From an uncultured Oscillospiraceae bacterium (GTDB lineage Bacteria; Bacillota; Clostridia; Oscillospirales; Ruminococcaceae): a stretch of DNA of 64,000 nucleotides. The notes below the pieces were generated by a model that saw only the letters and a program-made list of their open reading frames with translations, did no database searches and had not been told where the DNA came from. The DNA lies in contig CAYWXA010000001.1 of assembly GCA_964462175.1 (NCBI GenBank), positions 9,251 to 73,250 of the forward strand, read 5' to 3'. Both the position numbers and the translations under genes were made by a program. This document shows positions 8,339 through 17,107 of the stretch, piece by piece (positions within the stretch are counted from its first letter, which is position 1; every line of letters starts with the position of its first letter).

Positions 8339-9187
8339 ATGAATTACGACTGTGTGACACTTAAAGCATATGCCAAGATCAATCTTTCCTTGGATATAAC
8401 GGGCAAGAGAGACGACGGGTATCACGAGCTTGAGTCCGTCATGCAGTCGGTTTCTTTATGCGATGATGTGATGATAACTCTGACAGAGCAGCCGATGATA
8501 ACAATTACCTGTTCCGATAGTAACATTCCCTGCGATGAGCGCAATACCGCTTATAAAGCCGCAAAATTGATGCTTGACCTTAGAGGCAATAACGACGGAT
8601 GCGCTATCGTCATCAACAAGCGAATCCCCTCTCAGGCAGGCTTGGGCGGCGGCTCGGCGGATGCTGCGGCGGTCATCAAAGCGCTGAATAAGGCGCTTTC
8701 GCTTGGTCTTGACGACGGCGAGCTTGCAAAGATCGGTGCCGGTGTCGGCGCTGACGTGCCGTTTTGCATTTATAATCACACTTGTTTATGCCGTGGGATC
8801 GGTGAAGATATTGAGGTTTTGCCCGAGCTGAAAAAGTACGACGTAGTGATAATCAAACCCGATTTCGGAATTTCAACTCCCGAGGCATATAAGAATTTTG
8901 ATACCAAGCAGATCGAATCGGCAAGAGCAAGCGAGAAATTAGTTAATGCAATTAAAAACGGCGATGATATCTGCAAGCTGATCGCAAACGACCTTGAAGC
9001 TGCGGCAGAAAATGAAGTGATCGAGGCAATTAAAGCAAAACTTATTGAAAACGGCGCCCTTTGTGCGCAGATGTCGGGTAGCGGGTCGGCGGTTTTCGGG
9101 TTGTTTGACGTAAAGGAAAATGCCTTGACAGCATATCACTCCCTGTCCCGTGAGTATGAAAGCGTGTTTATATGCGAAACGGTATGA
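8339..9187 (+). CDS. ispE: 4-(cytidine 5'-diphospho)-2-C-methyl-D-erythritol kinase
   Basis: AKINLSLDITGKRDDGYHEL and the GHMP motif PSQAGLGGGSADAAA. Start moved to ATG 8339 (GGAGA SD, just after the upstream stop). Confidence 0.9.
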   Translation: MNYDCVTLKAYAKINLSLDITGKRDDGYHELESVMQSVSLCDDVMITLTEQPMITITCSDSNIPCDERNTAYKAAKLMLDLRGNNDGCAIVINKRIPSQAGLGGGSADAAAVIKALNKALSLGLDDGELAKIGAGVGADVPFCIYNHTCLCRGIGEDIEVLPELKKYDVVIIKPDFGISTPEAYKNFDTKQIESARASEKLVNAIKNGDDICKLIANDLEAAAENEVIEAIKAKLIENGALCAQMSGSGSAVFGLFDVKENALTAYHSLSREYESVFICETV

Positions 9188-10071
9188 ATATCTTGAAAGA
9201 ATGTGCTCTGTGTCCGAGAATGTGCAGAGTGAACAGGCATATCTCCAAGGGATTTTGCAGGCAGGGTGATGAGATCAAGATAGCAAGAGCGGATCTGCAT
9301 ATGTGGGAGGAACCTTGTATCAGCGGCATCGGCGGCTCGGGAACGGTTTTCTTTTCGGGATGCACGCTCAAATGCATCTTTTGCCAGAATTATGAAATAA
9401 GCCAGCTTGACAAGGGATATACCATTACAGTCAGCGAGCTTGCTGATATATTTCTGCGACTGCAAGACAAAGGCGCACACGATATAAATCTGGTCAGTCC
9501 GACACCATATCTGCCGCAAATTATCGAAGCGCTTGATATGGTTAAGGGCAAGCTGACTATTCCCGTGGTTTATAACTGCGGAGGATACGAGCGAGTCGAA
9601 ACGCTTAAAATGCTTGAGGGATACGTGCAGATATATCTCCCCGATTTGAAGTATTTTGATGATACCTATGCTAAAGAATATTCGGGCGCAAGCGATTATT
9701 TTGATACTGCAATGTGCGCAATCAAAGAGATGGTCAGGCAGGTCGGCAAGCCGAAGTTTGATGATAACGGAATAATGCAAAGCGGAGTCATCGTCCGCCA
9801 TCTGGCGCTCCCCTCTTTGCGTAAGGATTCAGCAAAGGTCATTGAAGCGCTTGGCAAAGAATTCGAGAGCGACGAGATAATGCTCAGTCTTATGAGTCAG
9901 TACGTGCCGATGCACAAGGCGGTTGACCACCCAAAGCTCGGCAGGCGTGTATCTACGTTTGAATATAACAGTATTTTAAATACGGCAAGTAAATTCGGAT
10001 TTGAGGGATTCTCGCAGGAGCGAAGCTCATCCAGCGAGGTTTACCTTCCGCCTTTTACAGACAAAAAATAA
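9184..10071 (+). CDS. radical SAM protein, PflX/pyruvate formate-lyase-activase-like
   Basis: CTLKCIFCQN (CxxxCxxC) cluster motif, with overall PflX-like layout. ATG 9184 overlaps the ispE stop (ATGA). Confidence 0.75.
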   Translation: MNILKECALCPRMCRVNRHISKGFCRQGDEIKIARADLHMWEEPCISGIGGSGTVFFSGCTLKCIFCQNYEISQLDKGYTITVSELADIFLRLQDKGAHDINLVSPTPYLPQIIEALDMVKGKLTIPVVYNCGGYERVETLKMLEGYVQIYLPDLKYFDDTYAKEYSGASDYFDTAMCAIKEMVRQVGKPKFDDNGIMQSGVIVRHLALPSLRKDSAKVIEALGKEFESDEIMLSLMSQYVPMHKAVDHPKLGRRVSTFEYNSILNTASKFGFEGFSQERSSSSEVYLPPFTDKK

Positions 10072-10100
10072 TGCAGTACCTCAGTTTGGGTACTGCATTT
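10070..10100. terminator. bidirectional terminator between convergent genes
   Basis: Stem ATGCAGTACC (10071-10080) / GGTACTGCAT (10089-10098), with an A-rich left flank and a T-rich right flank. Confidence 0.75.
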
Positions 10101-10104
10101 ATGT

Positions 10105-10656
10105 TTATAGATCAAACGTTTCTTTGATCAATTTTGCGACTTCAGTCGGAGTTTTGTCAGTGTTGTCAATTTTGATATAGTTATCAAACTTGAGTTCGCC
10201 TTCAAAGCTTTCAAATCTATGAGCCTGATCCATTGAAATGAGTCTTGCGTTTGACGCTTCAATATCTCGCTTTGATGCCTTATTTGCAAGCCTATTCTCG
10301 GTTGAGTTCCTTGCAAGTCTGACTTCAAGCGGAGCTGTCAATTCAACATAATAGTATTCGGTATCATAGTTGTCGAAAATCGAAAGAATGTTGTCGTGTA
10401 TCTTCCAATCCTCTTCGCAATCAAAAGCCCACATAAACGTGAAAATCATTCCGTAGTTATCCGACTTGGCGAATTCTTCAAAAATTACTTCACGCATTCT
10501 CAAGATTGCGTTAACGTTGAAATCATTGAAAATTTCAAGGACGGGTTCGATAGTCATATGGTTGTGGAACAGTCTTAGATCGGTAATCTTCATAAGCTCC
10601 TGACCGACAGTCATTTTTCCGACAGCACCATCGCCAAACAGGAATATCAACTTCAA
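10105..10656 (-). CDS. P-loop NTPase / AAA-family kinase-like protein
   Basis: N-terminal FLFGDGAVGKMTVG P-loop. 183 aa. TTG start with GAGGTGA upstream. Confidence 0.55.
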   Translation of the reverse strand: MKLIFLFGDGAVGKMTVGQELMKITDLRLFHNHMTIEPVLEIFNDFNVNAILRMREVIFEEFAKSDNYGMIFTFMWAFDCEEDWKIHDNILSIFDNYDTEYYYVELTAPLEVRLARNSTENRLANKASKRDIEASNARLISMDQAHRFESFEGELKFDNYIKIDNTDKTPTEVAKLIKETFDL

Positions 10657-10658
10657 AT

Positions 10659-11516
10659 TTACATCACCTCTTTGAGATTCTCGCTGAAGCGGATCATTTC
10701 GTCCATTGAAAGCTGTTCGGGTCGTGCCGTCGGTGAAATTCCCGACTTTTCAATCGCTTCAAGTACGGTATCCTTGCCGATTCCCAGCGAACCGCTGACA
10801 CAGTTAAGAAGTGTCTTACGGCGCTGAGAGAACATTCCCCTTACGACCTTGAAGAAGAACTTCTCGTCGCTGACCGCTGGAGTCTGCTCACGCAGGTCAA
10901 ATCGGATAACACAGCTATCCACGTTCGGCGCCGGCATAAAGCTTCCACGGGAAACGCCAAACAAAATCTTCGCTTCAGAATAGAAATTTACGGCAACGGT
11001 CACAGCGCCCATATCCCGTGTGCCCATCGGTGCACAAAGACGCTGGCCCGCTTCCTTCTGAACCATTGTCGTAATTGATTTGATCGGTAAGCGTGATTCA
11101 AGAAGTGTCATTATAATTGGCGATGTGATGTAATATGGCAAGTTTGCACAGACGGCGACATCAAGTCCCGAAAATTCTTCTTCAATCAGTTTATGAAGAT
11201 CGACGTTGAGAACATCGTCGTTAATTATCTTTACGTTTTTGTGCTCTGCAAGTGTTTCGGCAAGAATCGGCGGCAATCTGTCGTCAATTTCAATTGCCAC
11301 GACCTTATCTGCACGCTTTGCAAGCTCGTTTGTCAAAACTCCGATTCCCGGCCCGATCTCAATTACGCCGAAGCCTTGTCTGGCGTTTCCCATTTCTGCG
11401 ATCTTAGGGCAGACGGACGGATTTATGAGAAAATTCTGACCAAGCTTTTTTGAAAATGAAAAACCGTGATCTGAAAGTATTTGTTTAATTACACCGATGT
11501 TTGAAAGATTTTCCAT
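10659..11516 (-). CDS. rsmA: 16S rRNA (adenine1518-N6/adenine1519-N6)-dimethyltransferase
   Basis: KKLGQNFL and VIEIGPGIGVLT SAM motif, NLPYYITSPI. Start set at ATG 11516 (GGAG, 6-nt spacer). Confidence 0.9.
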   Translation of the reverse strand: MENLSNIGVIKQILSDHGFSFSKKLGQNFLINPSVCPKIAEMGNARQGFGVIEIGPGIGVLTNELAKRADKVVAIEIDDRLPPILAETLAEHKNVKIINDDVLNVDLHKLIEEEFSGLDVAVCANLPYYITSPIIMTLLESRLPIKSITTMVQKEAGQRLCAPMGTRDMGAVTVAVNFYSEAKILFGVSRGSFMPAPNVDSCVIRFDLREQTPAVSDEKFFFKVVRGMFSQRRKTLLNCVSGSLGIGKDTVLEAIEKSGISPTARPEQLSMDEMIRFSENLKEVM

Positions 11517-11635
11517 AATTTGCTCCAATTTCAAAATTATATATTGATTATACCAAGCAATTGCATTTTAGTCAACAAAGCATAATTTAATAACTGCGGT
11601 CAAGAATATATATAAAAGACCGCAAAGGAGTATAT

Positions 11636-11812
11636 ATGGGACCTATAACGAAATTGCTGTATCTTGAAAATATGGCTATGGGAGATATGTCGACGATCAT
11701 GTCACCGAGCGAATTCAGCAACTACGTCGAATTACGCCACCGCACCAAACGCATACCGCCCAGCGACGTTGAACACACAGAGTTTAAGGACGAAGCGAAC
11801 GGAAGATTATAG
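11636..11812 (+). CDS. hypothetical small protein (58 aa)
   Basis: ATG 11636 preceded by AAAGGAG. Followed 2-10 nt later by a hairpin terminator. No family recognised. Confidence 0.4.
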   Translation: MGPITKLLYLENMAMGDMSTIMSPSEFSNYVELRHRTKRIPPSDVEHTEFKDEANGRL

Positions 11813-11813
11813 C

Positions 11814-11856
11814 AAAAAAGTAAGGCAACCGCAGTTTTGCGATTGCCTTATAATTT
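11814..11856. terminator. bidirectional terminator
   Basis: Stem TAAGGCAA (11821-11828) / TTGCCTTA (11843-11850) with an inner CGCA/TGCG helix. A-run on the left, T-run on the right. Confidence 0.7.
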
Positions 11857-13884
11857 TTATTCAATCGGATAAGCGCCGTCGAATAATACGTGATACAAAA
11901 GATAAATGGCGTCGTTTTTATTCGTTTGACCGTCTGCATCAAAGTCGCAGGACTGATTTTGAGGATACGCTTCACTGCCGAATAACACGGAATACAGCAG
12001 GTATATGGCGTCATTCTTATTTACCTCTCCGTCACCGTTCAGATCGCCTCTTTGATATTCAATATATTCTTTTGAATACTCAGCACAGCAGTCGATGCAG
12101 ATATACGTTATCACATCATCCTCAATCACTGCGTTCTCAACGTCCCAACGGTGCTCATTCGTTTGATAAGCCCTGCAATTGCTCATAATCCGGATGCTGT
12201 CAGTTATGTCATCGCCGTTTTCAGCGCTCCAATCCCAACAGTATGACAGGGTGCTTTCATCATTATTCCAAACGGCGTAAACGTCATACCTTTGTGTGGT
12301 CGGCCAGAAGGTCGTCGTAAACTTGGAATTGGCATATCCGTTCTCGGAGGGCTGAGTATAGTATCCAAAATCGGATGCCGTTACTTTATACGTCACTTTT
12401 CCGCTTGAATTGGCAGTTATGGGAAATCTGCCTATAACGTATACGGTCGGTTCAACAATTTCAGACAAGGACAAGATCGTATCGCCGTCTTTGGGATTAT
12501 AGCCAAAGGAATAGTCACCGAACTTTATGACGTACTCGCCGTATATACTTTGATCACAGGTTCCGAGAGGATATTCTTCTTCACCGACAAGAACCGAATA
12601 GGTGCCTCGTGTCGGCAGTCTTAAAACAAGGCTGTCATCCTCAGAAAGATCTTCATATATCGGAATGGAGAAGATCACCTGAGAGCAGGGCGATCCGGCA
12701 ACGGTCGTGCTTTGAGCGATACCGCCGCAAAATCCAATATGCTCACTTTCGCTTAGCATCGACCAAGAGCTGTACGTATGCTCACCGTTAGCCGAAACAA
12801 CGGCAGTTTTTTCTTCGCCGCAGCCTGTACAAACGTAAGTGATCTCGCCGTCAGTGCAACAGGTGGGATCAACCGAAACCTCGCCCTCGTTCCATTCGTG
12901 TTCGGAGGTTTCACAGCCGTAGCACTCGCATCCCAATCCGCCCGTGTTATTAAATGTGACACAGCCTAAAGACATACCGTCAAAGAATACTTCGACCTTT
13001 TCAATTCCCTCGGGAACGGACAAGTGCGTTTCATATACTGAAAACGCAGACGAAGTATCGTCAGCGTATATAACGGTATACTCTGCCCCCACCGTAACGG
13101 TCGGCCACGATATCTCCTTGTCTGCAACGGACAGATAACCGCTCGCCGTTCCGACGCTTGCAACGCCGCTCATAACGCCTTCGCAGTAGCGGATGTGTTC
13201 GTTTTCGCTGTATTTCTGCCATTCGGAGAATATATGATCTCCGCCGCAAAACTGCAGGAACGTCTTTTCAAACGTCTTTGAATACTCTTCGGCAGATGAA
13301 TTCTCATATCCGTGTATGACCGTTTCGTCAGGAATAACGGATGAATAGGAGGATATATCGGTATCTAAAGACAGGAAAATTATCCGCTCCAAGCTGTCGC
13401 AGGCGGAAAATGCGGCTTCACCCAAAGCTTCGAGGGATTCGGGAAGGATCATCTCGATCAGTCCCGAGCATCCCCAAAAAGCGTAATCATCTATTATCTC
13501 CAAGCACTCGGGAAGATCGACTTCGGTAAGACTCGTACAGTCGGCAAAAGCGTATTTGCCAATGGATATAACGCTTGCGGGAATATATACGCTTGAGATT
13601 TCCGAGCAGTTGTCAAACGCACGCTTTCCGATATAACTTACGCCGTCGGAAATTACGACCGAGGTGATCTGCTCGGAATGATCTGACCACGGCGCAGGCA
13701 AAAACCATTCATAGTCAGCCATATCGCCAACGCCGCTTATTGTCAATATGCCGTCAGCGGTAAGCGACCACGTTACGTCTTGCCCGCAATCGCCTCCGAT
13801 CGTTATATTATCAGCGAACGCTTCTGCGGAAAAATATACAGTTAACGTCAAAATTATCAGAATAATGCAAAACGCCTTTTTCAA
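11857..13884 (-). CDS. secreted leucine-rich-repeat (BspA-like) protein with Cys-rich modules and C-terminal type-I dockerin
   Basis: Signal peptide MKKAFCIILIILTLTVYFSAEAFA. LRR_5-like repeats (IPASVISIGKYAFADCTSLTEVDLPECLEIIDDYAFWGC..). Two Ca-binding dockerin segments, DLNGDGEVNKNDAIYLL and DFDADGQTNKNDAIYLL. Start set at the second TTG (13884), 9 nt after GGGAG. Confidence 0.8.
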   Translation of the reverse strand: MKKAFCIILIILTLTVYFSAEAFADNITIGGDCGQDVTWSLTADGILTISGVGDMADYEWFLPAPWSDHSEQITSVVISDGVSYIGKRAFDNCSEISSVYIPASVISIGKYAFADCTSLTEVDLPECLEIIDDYAFWGCSGLIEMILPESLEALGEAAFSACDSLERIIFLSLDTDISSYSSVIPDETVIHGYENSSAEEYSKTFEKTFLQFCGGDHIFSEWQKYSENEHIRYCEGVMSGVASVGTASGYLSVADKEISWPTVTVGAEYTVIYADDTSSAFSVYETHLSVPEGIEKVEVFFDGMSLGCVTFNNTGGLGCECYGCETSEHEWNEGEVSVDPTCCTDGEITYVCTGCGEEKTAVVSANGEHTYSSWSMLSESEHIGFCGGIAQSTTVAGSPCSQVIFSIPIYEDLSEDDSLVLRLPTRGTYSVLVGEEEYPLGTCDQSIYGEYVIKFGDYSFGYNPKDGDTILSLSEIVEPTVYVIGRFPITANSSGKVTYKVTASDFGYYTQPSENGYANSKFTTTFWPTTQRYDVYAVWNNDESTLSYCWDWSAENGDDITDSIRIMSNCRAYQTNEHRWDVENAVIEDDVITYICIDCCAEYSKEYIEYQRGDLNGDGEVNKNDAIYLLYSVLFGSEAYPQNQSCDFDADGQTNKNDAIYLLYHVLFDGAYPIE

Positions 13885-13960
13885 TAGTTTCAACTCCCGA
13901 TCGATGCTGTCTGTTGCCTTTATAATACACTATTATATGCTGATTTGTCAATTTATCAAA

Positions 13961-13994
13961 TAAAAAAGCACGGCAGTGATCTCACTACCGTGCT
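13961..13994 (-). terminator. rho-independent terminator after tsf
   Basis: Minus strand: GCACGGTAGTGA..TCACTGCCGTGC followed by U6. Confidence 0.8.
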
Positions 13995-14018
13995 TAATTA
14001 CATATGAATCAACAGATA

Positions 14019-14930
14019 TTACTTCATCATAGACGCTACTTCAGCAGCAAAGTCATCGGATCTCTTCTCGATGCCCTCGCCTCTTTCGTAGCGAACGTAT
14101 TCAGCAACCTTGATGGAGCCGCCGAGGTCCTTAGCGCACTTGTCAACATACTTGCCAACGGTGTAGTCGCCGTCCTTAACGAATTCCATATCTACGAGGC
14201 AGTTTTCAGAATAGTACTTGCCAACCTTGCCTTCAACGATCTTGACCATAACAGCCTCAGGCTTGTTAGCCATCTTGGGGTCTTCCTTCATCTGAGCAAG
14301 CATGATGTTCTTTTCGTTCTCAAGAACTTCAGCAGGAACATGATCTCTGTCGAGGTAAGCAGGGTTCATAGCAGCGATCTGAAGAGCTACGTCCTTGCCG
14401 CAAGCAAGAGCCTTGTCGCCCAAATCGGTGTCAAGCTTAACCATAACGCCGATTCTGCCTTCACCGTGAATGTAAGATACCAAGGTGCCTTCCATTCTTG
14501 TGAATCTTCTGATCTGAATGTTTTCTCTGATCTGGAGGAATACTTCCTGAACTTCTTCGTCGATGGTTCTGTCGGAGTCAACAGACTTGCAAGCCTTCAA
14601 AGCCTCAACGTCAGCAGGGTTGCAAGCGATGATGGTCTTAGCGATGGTGTTGACCAAGCCCTTGAACTGATCGGTGTTAGCAACGAAGTCGGTTTCGGAG
14701 TTAACCTCAACAACAACGCCGACATTGCCTTCAACCATAGATACTACCAAGCCTTCAGCAGCAACTCTGCCGGCCTTCTTAGCCTGAGTAGCAAGTCCCT
14801 TTTCACGAAGCAAAACTATTGCCTTTTCAAAATCGCCTTCAGCCTCTACGAGAGCCTTTTTGCAGTCCATCATACCAACGCCGGTTCTCTCACGGAGAGC
14901 AGCAACGTCCTTAGCAGTGATATTAGCCAT
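14019..14930 (-). CDS. tsf: translation elongation factor Ts
   Basis: MANITAKDVAALRERTGVGMMDCKKAL is the canonical EF-Ts N-terminus. The start was chosen accordingly. Confidence 0.95.
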   Translation of the reverse strand: MANITAKDVAALRERTGVGMMDCKKALVEAEGDFEKAIVLLREKGLATQAKKAGRVAAEGLVVSMVEGNVGVVVEVNSETDFVANTDQFKGLVNTIAKTIIACNPADVEALKACKSVDSDRTIDEEVQEVFLQIRENIQIRRFTRMEGTLVSYIHGEGRIGVMVKLDTDLGDKALACGKDVALQIAAMNPAYLDRDHVPAEVLENEKNIMLAQMKEDPKMANKPEAVMVKIVEGKVGKYYSENCLVDMEFVKDGDYTVGKYVDKCAKDLGGSIKVAEYVRYERGEGIEKRSDDFAAEVASMMK

Positions 14931-14972
14931 AATATTAAACATTCCTTTCTTGAATCTGATTAGGTTTATGAG

Positions 14973-15000
14973 TCAGGGCAGGTTTTGTTGCCTGCCCTGA
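14973..15000 (-). promoter_or_regulatory. rpsB-tsf intercistronic stem-loop (no U-tract)
   Basis: TCAGGGCAGG / CCTGCCCTGA 10-bp stem with an 8-nt loop. Confidence 0.5.
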
Positions 15001-15012
15001 ATAATGTAAATA

Positions 15013-15741
15013 TTACTCTTCAACAGGAGCTTCTTCGGTTACTTCTTCAGCAGAGGTCTCGCCCTGTCTGCCTTCGATGATAGCATCAGCGATAGCGCCG
15101 GAGATGAGCTTAACTGCTCTGATAGCGTCATCGTTGCCGGGGATTACGTAGTCAACTTCATCGGGATCACAGTTGGTGTCAACGATTGCAACTACGGGGA
15201 TACCGAGCTTCTTAGCTTCTGCAACAGCGATCTTTTCTCTCTTGGGGTCAACGATGAACAAGCAAGCAGGAAGCTTAACCATGTTCTTGATACCGCCGAG
15301 GTACTTTTCGAGCTTTTCGATTTCGAGAGAGAGCTGAGCAACTTCCTTCTTGGGCAAAAGATCGAAGGTGCCGTCTTCAGCCATCTTGTGGAGCTGTTCA
15401 AGTCTTGCAATTCTCTTCTGGATGGTCTTGAAGTTGGTCATCATACCGCCAAGCCATCTTGCGTTTACATAGTGAGCGTTTGCTCTGGTAGCTTCTTCCT
15501 TAACGGAATCGCCGGCCTGCTTCTTGGTACCTACGAAGAGAACTTCGCCGCCGTTAGCGGAAACTTCCTTAACGAAAGCGTAAGCTTCGTCGAGCTTCTT
15601 AACGGTCTTCTGAAGGTCGATGATATAGATACCGTTTCTTTCTGTGAAGATGTAAGGTGCCATCTTCGGGTTCCATCTTCTTGTCTGGTGACCAAAGTGT
15701 ACACCGGCTTCAAGAAGCTGTTTCATTGATACTACTGCCAT
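15013..15741 (-). CDS. rpsB: 30S ribosomal protein S2
   Basis: [27 protein letters not shown] is the canonical S2 N-terminus. GGAGG lies 8 nt upstream. Confidence 0.97.
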   Translation of the reverse strand: MAVVSMKQLLEAGVHFGHQTRRWNPKMAPYIFTERNGIYIIDLQKTVKKLDEAYAFVKEVSANGGEVLFVGTKKQAGDSVKEEATRANAHYVNARWLGGMMTNFKTIQKRIARLEQLHKMAEDGTFDLLPKKEVAQLSLEIEKLEKYLGGIKNMVKLPACLFIVDPKREKIAVAEAKKLGIPVVAIVDTNCDPDEVDYVIPGNDDAIRAVKLISGAIADAIIEGRQGETSAEEVTEEAPVEE

Positions 15742-15780
15742 TGTAGTAACCTCCTATGGTTTTTAATTTTTTTAATCCTC

Positions 15781-15839
15781 CGCATAAGTTAGCTTGCCTT
15801 CACCCGAATCACTTCGGGAACCACGGCAAAACCCATGCG
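15781..15839 (-). promoter_or_regulatory. structured rpsB 5' leader (three nested helices)
   Basis: Nested pairings CGCAT (15781-85)/ATGCG (15835-39), TTGCC (15794-98)/GGCAA (15825-29), CCCGAA (15803-08)/TTCGGG (15813-18). Confidence 0.4.
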
Positions 15840-15855
15840 TGCGAATTGCGGTAAT

Positions 15856-15884
15856 ATTGTATCACATTGAGCCAAATAATGCAA
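15856..15884 (-). promoter_or_regulatory. sigma-A promoter (extended -10) for rpsB-tsf
   Basis: Minus strand: TTGCAT, 17-nt spacer ending in TGA, TACAAT. Confidence 0.6.
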
Positions 15885-15898
15885 GTGTTTTTTGATGA

Positions 15899-16189
15899 TT
15901 ATTTAAACAAAAATTTGGTTTCTTTTGTTGTGTTCATTGTAATATCGGACAAATTATCAACGCTCACAAGTATTGCATCTCTGCCGATAAGGTCGATCTG
16001 CTCATTTGAGATTATTATGTCATTGTCCCGACCGAGTATTCCGAACAGCTTCGGTCTGCCGTAAACGATCATTGACTTAACAGTTGAGTTATCTGCACAT
16101 ATTTCAATATCGTCTACCCTGCCCAGCATTATCCCCGACCTTGTTTCAACGACTTCCTTGCGCTTCAAATCAGATAATGTGTAATTCAT
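15899..16189 (-). CDS. YlmC/YmxH family sporulation protein (PRC-barrel)
   Basis: LSDLKRKEVVETRSGIMLGRVDDIEI...IIISNEQIDLIGRDAILV matches the YlmC/YmxH pattern. 96 aa. Confidence 0.8.
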   Translation of the reverse strand: MNYTLSDLKRKEVVETRSGIMLGRVDDIEICADNSTVKSMIVYGRPKLFGILGRDNDIIISNEQIDLIGRDAILVSVDNLSDITMNTTKETKFLFK

Positions 16190-16196
16190 AAAGTCA

Positions 16197-16220
16197 CCTC
16201 AGTCAATGATATGACTGAGG
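16197..16220 (-). promoter_or_regulatory. 9-bp hairpin overlapping the ylmC Shine-Dalgarno
   Basis: CCTCAGTCA (16197-16205) / TGACTGAGG (16212-16220). On the mRNA the 3' arm runs into GAGGTGA, 5 nt before the ATG. Confidence 0.45.
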
Positions 16221-16234
16221 CGGCAAAATTATTT

Positions 16235-17104
16235 TTACTGACAGGTCTTGCAGTTAGTCAAATGACCTCCCTGACCCGAATTGCCGGAAGTCTGTGTAGA
16301 CGCAACGGCGTTTGCGATTCCAGCACAGGTGCAGGAGCAGGCAGTTGCCTCTTCAAGGCTCTTGGGGAAGAATTCGTTTGAGGGGAATCTGATCTTCTCA
16401 AACAGCTCGCAAGGAGTTTCCGTCACGCCCGAAGGAGATGAGCAATCCTTGCAGGGAACCTCATAATTAAATGCGGGAACCATTACGGGTACGGTTCTTG
16501 ACAGAGAGATTATCGAGAACAGACCGATCGTCACGCAGATGATCTTTCTTGACGGGATGGTAATTGCTTCGTTGCAGGTGATGTCAGCACAGGCGCTGTA
16601 TGCGGGAACCGTTGTTAAGCAGAGGTTCAAAAGAATCGGATCTGCGATAGCAACGGAGGCTTTCGGCAGACTTGCGCTTGAGCCTGCATTGCAGCCGTTG
16701 ACATTCACAACACCGTTGTTAAACGACGTGAAATACTTTGTTCCGCCGTCAGAGCCGTAAAGGATAACCTTTTTGGTGAAGCAGGCGGTGCCGACAACTG
16801 TTTGAACGGGTGAAGCGGCACTTGCGGCAAGCTCGATCGTAACTGCAAAAGTATAAGTAAGATCTACTGAGAAGAAGCCGCAGTTAAAAGGAATGGGCTC
16901 AACCTGGAAATAGACGCTCGTTACCTCAACACACTTTGCTTTTGCATAAGTAGCTTCGTTGACGAGCTGTGTTGATTCATAATCCGAGAATGTAACTTCA
17001 AGATCCTCAAGGCAATCGCGGTCGGAGCAGCTATCGAAAATTCGTTCTGCTTCAATGGTGACCGCATCTTTAAAGCCATACGGATTTGTTCCGAAATCAG
17101 CCAT
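16235..17104 (-). CDS. hypothetical Cys-rich protein (289 aa), no family recognised
   Basis: Long ORF with a strong SD (AGGAGGA, 5 nt). 19 Cys, including CSDRDCLEDL near the N-terminus and CKDC, CSCTC, CKTC near the C-terminus. Confidence 0.7.
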   Translation of the reverse strand: MADFGTNPYGFKDAVTIEAERIFDSCSDRDCLEDLEVTFSDYESTQLVNEATYAKAKCVEVTSVYFQVEPIPFNCGFFSVDLTYTFAVTIELAASAASPVQTVVGTACFTKKVILYGSDGGTKYFTSFNNGVVNVNGCNAGSSASLPKASVAIADPILLNLCLTTVPAYSACADITCNEAITIPSRKIICVTIGLFSIISLSRTVPVMVPAFNYEVPCKDCSSPSGVTETPCELFEKIRFPSNEFFPKSLEEATACSCTCAGIANAVASTQTSGNSGQGGHLTNCKTCQ

Positions 17105-17107
17105 ATA

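Noticed and set aside
9136-9801. 221-aa minus-strand ORF
   Set aside because: It is antisense to the radical SAM gene, and no motifs support it.
11664-12188. 174-aa plus-strand ORF
   Set aside because: It overlaps the 3' end of the dockerin protein gene on the opposite strand and runs through a bidirectional terminator. It is Arg/Ser/Thr/His-rich with no SD. The 58-codon ORF in another frame (11636-11812) fits the SD and terminator better.
14004-14963. 319-aa ORF on the plus strand
   Set aside because: It lies exactly antisense to tsf, whose product is unmistakable. It has no SD, and its composition is typical of the shadow frame of a highly expressed gene.
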